The translations under genes were made by a program, and so were the position numbers. A stretch of 64,000 nt of DNA, taken from the NCBI GenBank assembly GCA_032128375.1, contig JAQBGU010000135.1:1-64000 (forward strand). Reading direction: 5' to 3'. Below are positions 9,791-18,611 of this stretch, piece after piece; the stretch's first letter is position 1; each line of letters begins with the position of its first letter. Below the pieces are notes generated by a model. The model worked only from the letters and a program-made list of their open reading frames with translations, ran no database searches and was not told the origin of the DNA. The stretch is from Deltaproteobacteria bacterium (GTDB lineage: Bacteria > Myxococcota_A > UBA9160 > SMWR01).

Positions 9791-10897
9791 ATGAATTTTG
9801 ATTTCTCGGAGGAGCAGAAGCTCCTCCAAAAGACGGCCCGAGACTACCTCGCGGAGTATTCACCGCTGACTGTGGCTCGTGCCGTGATGGAGTCAGACGT
9901 CAAGTACAGCAACGAGTTGTGGAAGGGGACCGCCGAGATGGGCTGGCTTGGCGCCGCGGTTCCCGAGGAATACGGCGGAGCGGGCTTCGGGCACCTCGAA
10001 CTCGCTCTGCTCGCGCAGGAGGTTGGCCGTTCGCTTGCACCGATTCCGTTCTCTTCGTCTGTCTACTTGGCGACTGAGGCCATCACCCGGCTCGGGTCCG
10101 AGGTGCAGAAGCAGAAGTACCTGACCCGACTCGTGTCTGGCGATGCGATCGGGACGCTGGCGATCTCTGAGGGCCCCGGCGAGTTGGACTTGGAGTCGAT
10201 CGAAACTCGCTTCGAGGCCGGCAAGTTGACCGGAAGCAAGACACCGGTGCCCGATGGCGACATCGCCGATCTGGTTGTCGTGCTGGCGAAGACCGCCGCT
10301 GGAACCGCGCTGGTCATCGTCAATGGCGATGCGGGTGTCGCGAAGAGGTCGCTCGAATCGATTGACCCGACTCGCTCGCTTGCGCAGCTCACTTTCGACG
10401 CTGCACCGGCAGAACTCTTGGGAGCTGACGGCGAGGGAGCCGCGCAGGTAGAGATTCTTCTGGATCGCGCGGCGGTGTTGATGGCGTTCGAACAGATCGG
10501 CAGCGCAGAGCGCGCCTTCGAAATTACGAAGGAGTACACGCTCGGCCGCTACGCGTTCGGGCGCCCGATCGCGTCATTCCAGGCCATCAAGCATCGGCTC
10601 GCCGACCTGTATACGATGATCGTGCTGGCCACCTCCAATGCCTACTTCGGCGCCTGGGCCTTGGAGAACGAATCGGAAGAACTGGGTACCGCGGCGTGTG
10701 CGGCGCGTGTGAGCGCGATAGAAGCCTTTGACCGAGCCGGAGAAGAGATCATACAGATGCACGGGGGCGTCGGATTTACCTGGGAGTATGACTGCCACAT
10801 GTTCTATCGACGCTCGAAGCTGACCGGCCTCGTTTTGGGCAGCGCAGCCGAGTGGCGCGAGAAACTGATCCAGCGACTGGAAGCCGGCTCCAACTGA
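9791..10897 (+). CDS. Acyl-CoA dehydrogenase family protein, short non-canonical subunit (PimD/FadE27-like)
   Basis: MNFDFSEEQ, VPEEYGGAG, RYAFGRPIASFQAIKHRLAD, QMHGGVGFTWE; lacks the C-terminal GGTxEI motif. Confidence 0.9.
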   Translation: MNFDFSEEQKLLQKTARDYLAEYSPLTVARAVMESDVKYSNELWKGTAEMGWLGAAVPEEYGGAGFGHLELALLAQEVGRSLAPIPFSSSVYLATEAITRLGSEVQKQKYLTRLVSGDAIGTLAISEGPGELDLESIETRFEAGKLTGSKTPVPDGDIADLVVVLAKTAAGTALVIVNGDAGVAKRSLESIDPTRSLAQLTFDAAPAELLGADGEGAAQVEILLDRAAVLMAFEQIGSAERAFEITKEYTLGRYAFGRPIASFQAIKHRLADLYTMIVLATSNAYFGAWALENESEELGTAACAARVSAIEAFDRAGEEIIQMHGGVGFTWEYDCHMFYRRSKLTGLVLGSAAEWREKLIQRLEAGSN

Positions 10898-10932
10898 GGT
10901 CCTATCACAACGGGTTTTCGCTGAACTAAATG

Positions 10933-11036
10933 GATAGGCCGAATCGATAGGCCGAATCGATAGGCCGAATCGATAGGCCGAATCGATGGGCCGAATCGAT
11001 AGGCCGAATCGATAGGCCGAATCGATGGGCCAGATT
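10933..11036 (+). repeat. 13-bp tandem repeat GAT(A/G)GGCCGAATC, 7 copies plus a degenerate 8th
   Basis: Units start at 10933, 10946, 10959, 10972, 10985, 10998, 11011 and 11024, between the two ACAD genes. Confidence 0.97.
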
Positions 11037-11063
11037 CGCAGGCACGAATCAACAGGAGAAGAC

Positions 11064-12296
11064 ATGGATTTCGAAGACACTCCGGAAGAAGCCGCCTTTC
11101 GCGCCGAAGCTCGCGCATGGCTCGACGCCAACGCGAAATTGTTGGATCCCAATGAGTCGGTGCAGGGGTTGATGGAAAGCGAAGGAGGTGGTGGCGTCAA
11201 GCGGGCGCAACAGTGGCAGGCAAAGAAGGCCGATGCCGGTTGGGCGTGCATCACCTGGCCCAAGGAATACGGAGGCCGCGCGGCGACTTCGATCCAGAGC
11301 GTGATTTGGAATCAAGAGGAGGCGCGATACCGCACCCCACCGAGCATTTTCGGCATCGGCCAGGGCATGCTCGGGCCAACCATCATGACTCACGGTACGC
11401 AGCAGCAGAAGGATCGATACATCCAGCCGATGCTGCGGGGCGAGGAAATCTGGTGCCAGTTGTTCAGTGAGCCTGCGGCCGGATCAGACCTGGCTGGCTT
11501 GCGCACGACCGCCGTGAGGGACGGGGATGATTGGATCGTCAACGGCCAGAAGATCTGGACCACGGGCGCGCAATTCTGTAAGTGGGGGATGATCGTGACG
11601 CGCACCGATACCAGCGCGGTCAAGCACGCGGGGATCACCTACTTCATCGTCGATATGGAATCTCCCGGCATCGAGATCCGGCCCATCAAGCAGATCGCCG
11701 GCTCGAGCGGCTTCAACGAGGTGTTTTTCACCGGTTGCCGGATTCCGGACCAGAACCGGGTCGGTGCGGTAAACGACGGCTGGCGGGGCGCGATTACCAC
11801 GCTGATGAACGAGCGCTCGTCGATCGGCGGTGGTGGTGGCGGCGCCGGTGTGAAGGAATTGATGCGGTTGGCGAAGCAGTGCAAGCGCAACGGGCGGCCT
11901 GCTATCGAGGATGCTTCCGTGCGTCAGCAGATTGCGGACTTCTATATCCGCGGCAAAGGACTTTCCTACACGGGGTCGCGAACGCTGACTGCGATCTCGC
12001 GCGGTACCACTCCGGGGCCGGAGAGTTCGATCGGCAAGCTGGTTGGCGCACCACTGCGCCAGCAGATGGCTGCATTCGCGATCGACTTGCAGGGTGCGGC
12101 CGGTTTGCTGGTCAACCAGGACGCCGCCCAGGATGGTGTCTGGCAGATGGCTTGGCTTGGGGCTCCAGGCATGCGCCTGGCTGGCGGAACAGACGAAATC
12201 CTGCGCAACATCGTGTCCGAACGCGTCCTGGGCCTTCCCTCCGAGATGCGGGCCGACAAGGGTGTGCCATTTTCGGAGATTCCGACGGGTATCTAA
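11064..12296 (+). CDS. Acyl-CoA dehydrogenase (PimC/FadE26-like catalytic subunit)
   Basis: AGGAG RBS; WCQLFSEPAAGSDLAGL, NGQKIWTT, FNEVFF, TTLMNER, LAGGTDEILRNIVSERVLGLP. Confidence 0.93.
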   Translation: MDFEDTPEEAAFRAEARAWLDANAKLLDPNESVQGLMESEGGGGVKRAQQWQAKKADAGWACITWPKEYGGRAATSIQSVIWNQEEARYRTPPSIFGIGQGMLGPTIMTHGTQQQKDRYIQPMLRGEEIWCQLFSEPAAGSDLAGLRTTAVRDGDDWIVNGQKIWTTGAQFCKWGMIVTRTDTSAVKHAGITYFIVDMESPGIEIRPIKQIAGSSGFNEVFFTGCRIPDQNRVGAVNDGWRGAITTLMNERSSIGGGGGGAGVKELMRLAKQCKRNGRPAIEDASVRQQIADFYIRGKGLSYTGSRTLTAISRGTTPGPESSIGKLVGAPLRQQMAAFAIDLQGAAGLLVNQDAAQDGVWQMAWLGAPGMRLAGGTDEILRNIVSERVLGLPSEMRADKGVPFSEIPTGI

Positions 12297-12307
12297 GCCC
12301 AGCCAGC

Positions 12308-12490
12308 ACTGGTTCGCCGGAGCCAGTGGTCCCTGCTGGGCCCCAGCCGCACTTGAGCTATAGCGAGCGGCGAGAACTGGTTCGCCGGAGCCAGTGGGTC
12401 CCTGCTGGGCCCCAGCCGCACTCGAGCTATGGCGAGCGGCGAGAACTGGTTCGCTGGAGCCAGTGGGTCCCGGCCGGGCCCCAGCCGCAC
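12308..12490. repeat. REP/BIME-like cluster: ~68-69 bp structured unit, about 2.7 copies
   Basis: Units start at 12308, 12376 and 12445. Each has hairpins ACTGGTTC-GCCG-GAGCCAGT, GG(G)TCC-N5-GGGCCC and GCCGC...GCGGC. Located between convergent genes. Confidence 0.85.
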
Positions 12491-12508
12491 TTTCGCTGTG
12501 GGACTGTG

Positions 12509-12979
12509 TTAGTGGGGCCGGCAGAGATCTCCGTGGGGGGACCCGTCGAGCAGCGCGATGAATTCGGGGCCGCCCATGTAGACCAATTCCCTGTGGTCGC
12601 CACCTTCGAAGTACACGCACGATAGCCGCCGCAGTCGGTCGTCGTACACCACTGGGATTCCGAAGGCTCCGCCCAGCGGAGGAATCGCGCCGGGTTCGCA
12701 ATCTGGGAAGATCAACGGCATTTCGCCCTCGGTCGCAAGTTCCAGTTGCCGGTGCAATTCGGTTTCCAATTTTTTCAAATCGACCCGATGCGAAGCTGGA
12801 ACGATCGCCATGATGTAGCCGCGCTCATCTTCGAGCAGAACCGTCTTGGCAAGCTGGTCCTCCCAGATATATGCCGCGCCGGCCGTCTCGGAGCTGTTGT
12901 GAGAGTGCGGATGCTGCAATACCTCGTAGCTGACCTCGCGTGAATCGAGATACCACTGGACCGTCTTCGAAATGGACAT
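12509..12979 (-). CDS. YbaK/ProX-type aminoacyl-tRNA deacylase (INS superfamily)
   Basis: GGAGG RBS; LAKTVLL, LATEGE..FPDCEPGAIPPLG, VYFEGGDH. Confidence 0.88.
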   Translation of the reverse strand: MSISKTVQWYLDSREVSYEVLQHPHSHNSSETAGAAYIWEDQLAKTVLLEDERGYIMAIVPASHRVDLKKLETELHRQLELATEGEMPLIFPDCEPGAIPPLGGAFGIPVVYDDRLRRLSCVYFEGGDHRELVYMGGPEFIALLDGSPHGDLCRPH

Positions 12980-13289
12980 GGAAACCTCCCTCCTCATACA
13001 CAATACACATACGCGATACGTGCAATGTCAATCCGAATTAACTCCGTCGGGCACTGGCCGACGTCCGAGAAGATGGGACCCACGGAAACAGAAGATACAG
13101 CGGGGATCGCGCGTGACTGGCAAGCGAGCGTCCGAAGGAGTACTCCTCGACTCTGCGCCAGCTGTTGTTCAAAACGCAAGAAGAATCACGCGCACCCGAG
13201 TCGCTTCTGCCCGTAGTGATTCTCTCCCGACGCGGGCAAGATTGGACTTTCCGGCTTGCGAAGGCTCGGGTGACAGTTGGAAGGAGTCT

Positions 13290-13985
13290 GTGAGGAGACG
13301 GCTGACGGGTCGAATGAACTTTTTCGCGCTTGGGACGCTTGTCTTGGGGCTGGCCCCTGCCAGCCCGGCCCGGTCGAGCGACACCGACAGCGACGGAAGC
13401 TGCCCCTATCGACGTGTGTCGTTGAGTACGCCACAACGTCTTCTAAAGGCACCCGGTGACGGCACTCTACAAGCGGAATTTCTTGGCGTGTTTGGATTTC
13501 ATCTCGGGCGTGCCGGCTTCGAGGTGATCGAGCCGACCCAATCGGGGTTCACTTGGGAAATATTCAGCCAGGTGGAACCGCTCGGAGACGGGCGGTTGGC
13601 TTGGAGCTATGCGTTGCTCCCGATGCCTGGCCTGGCGGATGGGGTGATCGAATTTCCCACGTTTTCGGTCGTTGAACGACCCGGTGGCGAGCGTGTGCAG
13701 TTCACGACGTATCACGGGCTGGAAAGCCTTCGCTCCACCGATTTTCCCCTTCGCGCAGCACTGGCATCAGAGAAGCTCGCAAACTTGTACCTCCCAGTGG
13801 CGCTGAAGCTCTGCGCTGAGCGGGGCTCGATATTGGAGATGGAGGCGGCTCGGCTGGAGCGCATCCGCAGCGAACTCAGCGCCGAAATCGAACGCGTTGC
13901 GGCGCGACGCTCACGACAGAACAAGCACCTGGAGTTGAAAACCGAGGACGGAATGCAGGACCCGCCCGGGTCAGCGAGCGATTGA
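13290..13985 (+). CDS. Hypothetical exported protein with C-terminal coiled coil
   Basis: Signal-peptide-like MNFFALGTLVLGLAPASPARS; start is GTG 13290 or ATG 13314; coiled-coil EAARLERIRSELSAEIERV. Confidence 0.6.
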   Translation: MRRRLTGRMNFFALGTLVLGLAPASPARSSDTDSDGSCPYRRVSLSTPQRLLKAPGDGTLQAEFLGVFGFHLGRAGFEVIEPTQSGFTWEIFSQVEPLGDGRLAWSYALLPMPGLADGVIEFPTFSVVERPGGERVQFTTYHGLESLRSTDFPLRAALASEKLANLYLPVALKLCAERGSILEMEAARLERIRSELSAEIERVAARRSRQNKHLELKTEDGMQDPPGSASD

Positions 13986-13986
13986 A

Positions 13987-14754
13987 TCAGGCAGCGATTC
14001 GATCGGCGGATTGCTCGGCAGCACTGTCATTGGCGATGCGCACGATACCCAGCGCTGCGAGTGAGCGGATCACGAAGTAGGCGGGGTCGATTTCGAACCA
14101 GCGAACGCCGAAGTTGATCGACATGCCGGCCTTGTGGTGGTTGTTCTGAAAGAGCTCACCAAGAGTGACGAAATCAAAGGGCAGCGAATTGCGCGAGAGG
14201 TCGTTTCCCTCGAAATTTCGATAGCCATACTTGTGGCCGCACCAGTTCACTATGGCTCCGTGGATTGGACCCATCAGGAAATGCGCCGGCAGCAGCAGGA
14301 AGTAGATCGCGCTCGGTGCGAATGCAACATAAAACAGTGTGTAGGCCACGCCGAAGCCGATGCGTACGGGCCAGCGGTTTGCGAGCCGGTCGAGTTCTAC
14401 CCATTGCGGGTAGCCGCCATCGAAGCGCGGCTCGGGCTCGATTTCGTGGTGCACGAAATCGGAGTAGCGATTCTTGGTGTTGAGCATCATCGCCACCACA
14501 TTTGGGAAGAAATGTGGAGAATGCGGGTCGCGCTCCGTATCGCTGAATGCGTGGTGTTCGCGGTGCAAGATCGCGTAGCCGCGCGGCTCCAGAAACGATG
14601 AGCCCTGGGTCAACCAGGTTGCGAAATAGAAAATTCGCTCCCAGCGCCTGCTCATCGTGAACTGCCGATGGGCACCGTATCGGTGCAAGAAGAACGTCTG
14701 GAAGAATACTGACGAGAGCCAGTGACCGACAAAGAATATGGCAATTGCGAGCAT
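13987..14754 (-). CDS. Delta-9-type fatty acid (acyl-CoA) desaturase
   Basis: His boxes HRYGAH, HREHH and QNNHH; DPHSP; start moved to ATG 14754 (GGAGAG RBS). Confidence 0.92.
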   Translation of the reverse strand: MLAIAIFFVGHWLSSVFFQTFFLHRYGAHRQFTMSRRWERIFYFATWLTQGSSFLEPRGYAILHREHHAFSDTERDPHSPHFFPNVVAMMLNTKNRYSDFVHHEIEPEPRFDGGYPQWVELDRLANRWPVRIGFGVAYTLFYVAFAPSAIYFLLLPAHFLMGPIHGAIVNWCGHKYGYRNFEGNDLSRNSLPFDFVTLGELFQNNHHKAGMSINFGVRWFEIDPAYFVIRSLAALGIVRIANDSAAEQSADRIAA

Positions 14755-14923
14755 CCGCTCTCCCTTGCAGCCTTGGTCACGAGGCCGTGAAGGTTCGAGA
14801 CCCGTGGCGAGTCGGTACAAAGCTACCGAGGTCAAGAGCTGGAGTCCGCTGAGTTTCGTAATAGTTGTGTGATACCAATTCGTTGGGAGTTCACGGCTCG
14901 CACGCGGGTAGGATTCGTCGCCA

Positions 14924-16624
14924 ATGCAGCGGCATATCGAAATCGGATTGATCGGAGTCTGCGGCCTGGCCTGCATGTCGCTCCTATTGAAGAACCTCTC
15001 GTATCCCCTGATGTGGCAGGACGAGGCCGAGACCGCGGTATTTGCGACCCGCATCCTGGACTACGGATTTCCCAAGGTGCACGGCAGTCGAAATGTGGTT
15101 TACGAATTCGGCTCGAACGTGGCACTTGGAATCGATGAGCGAACTGACGCTTACATTGGAACTACCTGGGGACACTTCTACTTCGCGGTTCCAGGTGTTC
15201 TGGCAGCCGCGGCAACCGACGATCTCTACGCGAAGACATGGCGGATCCGTCTGCCCTTCGCGCTGACCGGTGCACTCGGCATCGGCCTGACGGTGCTCGC
15301 GGTGATCCCGGTCTTTCGGGGTCGCCCCGGCCTGGCCAGGCGATTTGTGATCTATTTCTTGTTGCTCTCGTGCGCATCGATTTCGCTGCTGTTGCATCTT
15401 CGCGAGGCACGCTACTACGCGTTGTTGATTCTGCTGGTGGCTGCGATCGGCTGGGTTCACCTGCGCCATGTCGTGTTCGAAACGCTCAGCTACCGCCGAT
15501 ATGCGATCGCCCTCACGGGGCTGATGGTCCTGCTGTTCAACGTGTTCTACTCAGCGTTCTTCATGATTGGCCTGATACTGGCAATCGAAGCGCTGTGGCG
15601 GGAACGCCGCTCTTGCATCATGAGCCCCCCCCAGATCGGCTCGGGTGCGGCTCGGCGAATCGCGACGTCACTCGCGCCGCTGGCAGCCGCCGGGGTCTGC
15701 GTAATACCGCTGTTGGTCTACTTCGAGACGTTTCCGATCGCGGCCGAATTTTCGAAGCACGTTGGGTTCAGCGCGGCCGTATACCTGGCGAATAGTGAGA
15801 ACCTCGTTTTCCATCTGTTGCGACACGAACTGCTGGCGGTCGTAGTGTTATGCCGTGTAGCGGTTCTGGCCGCCGATCGGGTTTTGGGGGAGCCTCTCGA
15901 GCGCTGGGAAGCACAGAGCCGTCGAGTCGCCTCGCAGATCGTTGGGTTTGCGCTGGGATATTCGCTGCTCAGTTGCCTCAATCCACTGGTATACGAGCGC
16001 TACTACATCGTGTTGAGCCCCCTGTTGACAGTGGTATTCGTTCTCGATGCGATGTGCCTCAGCGCGCGGGCGAGGGCACACGACCGATCCCGGGGCGGGT
16101 GGGTCAACGTGTTTGCAGTCGCGACGATCCTCGCGTTGACCACAGTGACGGGAACCACGCGAATCCAGGACGTGCGCGGCCGGTTGCGCGAGATTTCGGA
16201 GCCCTATCTCGGCCCGTTGGACTACGTGATCCCGTGGATCCGCGAACAATATCCACATCCGGAGGCGCTCGTGATCGCGACAAACTACGAGAATCATCCC
16301 TACATGTACTACCTGGGCAGCCACACGATCGTAGGCCTCAGCCGCAATAACATCCGCCGGGACAGGCTGCTCGAGCCGGACCTGGTGGTGCCGCGTCGTC
16401 GCTGGCGCGCTTCGTTGCGAGACGCCATGGCCTTCGTTGAGCGTCGGCGTGGCGAATATCGCTCCGAAGTGTTCGAAGTGCGCGATCTGCACTACAACAA
16501 TGTGCCGGCGCTCTCGAGATCGATGTCGACTCCCGATCCGCACCGGTTCGTGACGGCGCTTGCGGACCGCGACGAGCAGAGGCTCGAGGTCTATGTACGA
16601 GTCGAGCCGGAGGCGACGCCCTGA
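14924..16624 (+). CDS. GT-C fold membrane glycosyltransferase
   Basis: LMWQDEAETA acidic motif after TM1, RLPFAL, REARYYAL, ERYY; multi-TM. Confidence 0.75.
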   Translation: MQRHIEIGLIGVCGLACMSLLLKNLSYPLMWQDEAETAVFATRILDYGFPKVHGSRNVVYEFGSNVALGIDERTDAYIGTTWGHFYFAVPGVLAAAATDDLYAKTWRIRLPFALTGALGIGLTVLAVIPVFRGRPGLARRFVIYFLLLSCASISLLLHLREARYYALLILLVAAIGWVHLRHVVFETLSYRRYAIALTGLMVLLFNVFYSAFFMIGLILAIEALWRERRSCIMSPPQIGSGAARRIATSLAPLAAAGVCVIPLLVYFETFPIAAEFSKHVGFSAAVYLANSENLVFHLLRHELLAVVVLCRVAVLAADRVLGEPLERWEAQSRRVASQIVGFALGYSLLSCLNPLVYERYYIVLSPLLTVVFVLDAMCLSARARAHDRSRGGWVNVFAVATILALTTVTGTTRIQDVRGRLREISEPYLGPLDYVIPWIREQYPHPEALVIATNYENHPYMYYLGSHTIVGLSRNNIRRDRLLEPDLVVPRRRWRASLRDAMAFVERRRGEYRSEVFEVRDLHYNNVPALSRSMSTPDPHRFVTALADRDEQRLEVYVRVEPEATP

Positions 16625-16735
16625 TGGGTCGACTCAGGGCATCGCAGGAAGCGACCGGAGCGGAAGGTTGTGGGCATTCGGCCGGGAGAAACGATTAGAC
16701 TCGGGCCGAGCGGGGCAGAGCATGGGTGAGCGAGC

Positions 16736-17563
16736 ATGAAGTCGGTGTCTCGAGACAACCAGACGATTCGCGATTTCGGTGAACAATGGTCGCACTACGG
16801 CGACAACGAGGGTTTTTACGGCTCCGTCGAACTGCTCGCAGACATGCTGGGGCCGCTGGTTTCATTCGATGATCTGCGCGGGGCACGAGTCGCAGACATC
16901 GGCAGCGGTACCGGCAGGATCGTTCGAATGTTGCTCGACGCTGGTGTCGAGAGCGTGGTGGCAATCGAGCCTTCCGTGGGGGTCGAGATCCTTCGTGAGA
17001 ATCTCCGCGAGTTCGGCGATCGCGTCGAGGTGATCCACGGCACCGGCGACGAGTTGCCGGCCGATCGCGAGCTGGATTTCGCGATTTCGATCGGTGTAAT
17101 CCAGTTCATCCGAGATCCGCAACCCACGTTGCGAGCCGCACTCGGCGCGCTGCGACCCGGAGGCAAAGTCGTCATCTGGGTCTATGGCCACGAGGGCAAT
17201 ACTGCATATGTGCTCGCGTTGACTGCGCTGCGCTCGATCACGACGCGGCTGCCGCACTGGGCGCTAGCGGGGGTCTGTCAGCTCATGACAGGCTTCGTCG
17301 ACGCGTACATCGCGTTATGCAGACTCACTGGGCTCCCGTTGCCATTGCACAACTACCTGGTCAACACATTGGCGCGTGTGACGCGGCGTGAGCGAACGCT
17401 GACGATCTACGACCAGCTCAATCCCAGCTATGCGAAGTATTACCGTCGCAACGAGGTCGCTGAGATGCTCGAGAGAGCGGGTTTTGTTGACGTCCAGCTC
17501 CATCATCGACGCGAATACAGCTGGACGGCCATTGGCACCAGGCCCGAGCCGCGAAAATCGTGA
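16736..17563 (+). CDS. Class I SAM-dependent methyltransferase
   Basis: VADIGSGTGR motif I, FGEQW N-terminus, LRPGGKVVIWVY. Confidence 0.9.
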   Translation: MKSVSRDNQTIRDFGEQWSHYGDNEGFYGSVELLADMLGPLVSFDDLRGARVADIGSGTGRIVRMLLDAGVESVVAIEPSVGVEILRENLREFGDRVEVIHGTGDELPADRELDFAISIGVIQFIRDPQPTLRAALGALRPGGKVVIWVYGHEGNTAYVLALTALRSITTRLPHWALAGVCQLMTGFVDAYIALCRLTGLPLPLHNYLVNTLARVTRRERTLTIYDQLNPSYAKYYRRNEVAEMLERAGFVDVQLHHRREYSWTAIGTRPEPRKS

Positions 17564-17639
17564 GGTTTCTTCCGTGTCGTCGCCTGCACGATGAAGCGCG
17601 AGGCTGTCTGGCCCCTCCCCACGCGAAATTGAGCTAGAT

Positions 17640-18611
17640 TTGAAACCGTTGGTGCCGAAAACACGCCCTGACAACCCCCTCGTTTCGATTGTCGTGCCCG
17701 TTCTCAACGAGGAGGGCTGCGTCGGCGAACTCGCACGCCGTGTCGCGGCGGCTCTGGCGACTGCGAACACCCGTTACGAATTGCTTTTTGTCGACGACGG
17801 CAGCCGGGACGGCACGGCAGCGGCGATCGCCGACCTCCGCAGATCGGACCCCAGCGTGAAGACGATTCGTTTCACCAGGAGCTTCGGCCATCAGGCCGCG
17901 CTGGCTGCCGGGTTCAAACACGCAGCTGGTGATGCGGTCGTTATCATGGACGGTGACCTGCAGCATCCACCCGAGTTCATTCCCACGCTGATCAGCGCCT
18001 GGCTCGAGGGGATCGACGTGGTCAGCACGATCCGTCGATCGCCCGCCGATTCGCGCTTGGATTCCAAGGAGCTTCTCGGGCGCGCCTTCTACCGGGTCAT
18101 GTCCGCACTGACGCCGATTTCCATCACGCCGGCCGCGGCTGACTTCCGCCTATTGGACCGTCGCGTCGTCGACGCGTTCAATGGGCTCGAGGAGCGCTTC
18201 ATTTTCGCGCGCGGCCTGATCCCGTGGCTGGGTTTCGAAGAGGTCTATTTCGACTACGCGGTAGGCGATCGTTTTGCCGGCCGCAGCAAGTATCGGTTCT
18301 GGTCGATGCTTCGGCTGGCGCTCGATGGGATCTTCTCGTTTTCGGTAGTACCGCTGCGGCTGATCTCGTTGCTGGGTTTCGGGACCACATTGTTTGGGAT
18401 CGGGTTCGGGATCTTTTCCGTGTTTTCGTACCTGGCGGGCAACGTCGACGGTACGGGATGGACGACACTCGTCGTGCTGATCCTGACTTTTGGCGGGATC
18501 CAGATGCTCTCGATCGGGATCGTCAGCGAATACATCGGCCGGACCTATGAGGAAGTGAAACGCCGTCCGCGCTACGTGATCGACTCTACGGCTGGGCTCG
18601 ATCGACGGTGA
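17640..18611 (+). CDS. GT2 polyprenyl-phosphate glycosyltransferase (GtrB/ArnC-like)
   Basis: VSIVVPVLNEE, FVDDGSRD, RSFGHQAA, MDGDLQHPP, DFRLLDR, two C-terminal TMs, EYIGRTYEEVKRRPRY. Confidence 0.93.
   Translation: MKPLVPKTRPDNPLVSIVVPVLNEEGCVGELARRVAAALATANTRYELLFVDDGSRDGTAAAIADLRRSDPSVKTIRFTRSFGHQAALAAGFKHAAGDAVVIMDGDLQHPPEFIPTLISAWLEGIDVVSTIRRSPADSRLDSKELLGRAFYRVMSALTPISITPAAADFRLLDRRVVDAFNGLEERFIFARGLIPWLGFEEVYFDYAVGDRFAGRSKYRFWSMLRLALDGIFSFSVVPLRLISLLGFGTTLFGIGFGIFSVFSYLAGNVDGTGWTTLVVLILTFGGIQMLSIGIVSEYIGRTYEEVKRRPRYVIDSTAGLDRR

Noticed and set aside
10933..12490. The two repeat arrays as CRISPR arrays
   Set aside because: They are head-to-tail repeats with no unique spacers, and there are no cas genes in the window.
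11484..12701. Long antisense or overlapping ORFs (e.g. 11484-12701, 30337-31290, 32635-33675, 45137-46117, 51536-52594)
   Set aside because: These are Arg/Pro/Ala-rich shadow frames expected at high GC, overlapping well-supported genes and lacking motifs.
14770..14850. tRNA-like GGTTCGA motif upstream of the desaturase
   Set aside because: No cloverleaf, acceptor stem or CCA; only a short local hairpin.
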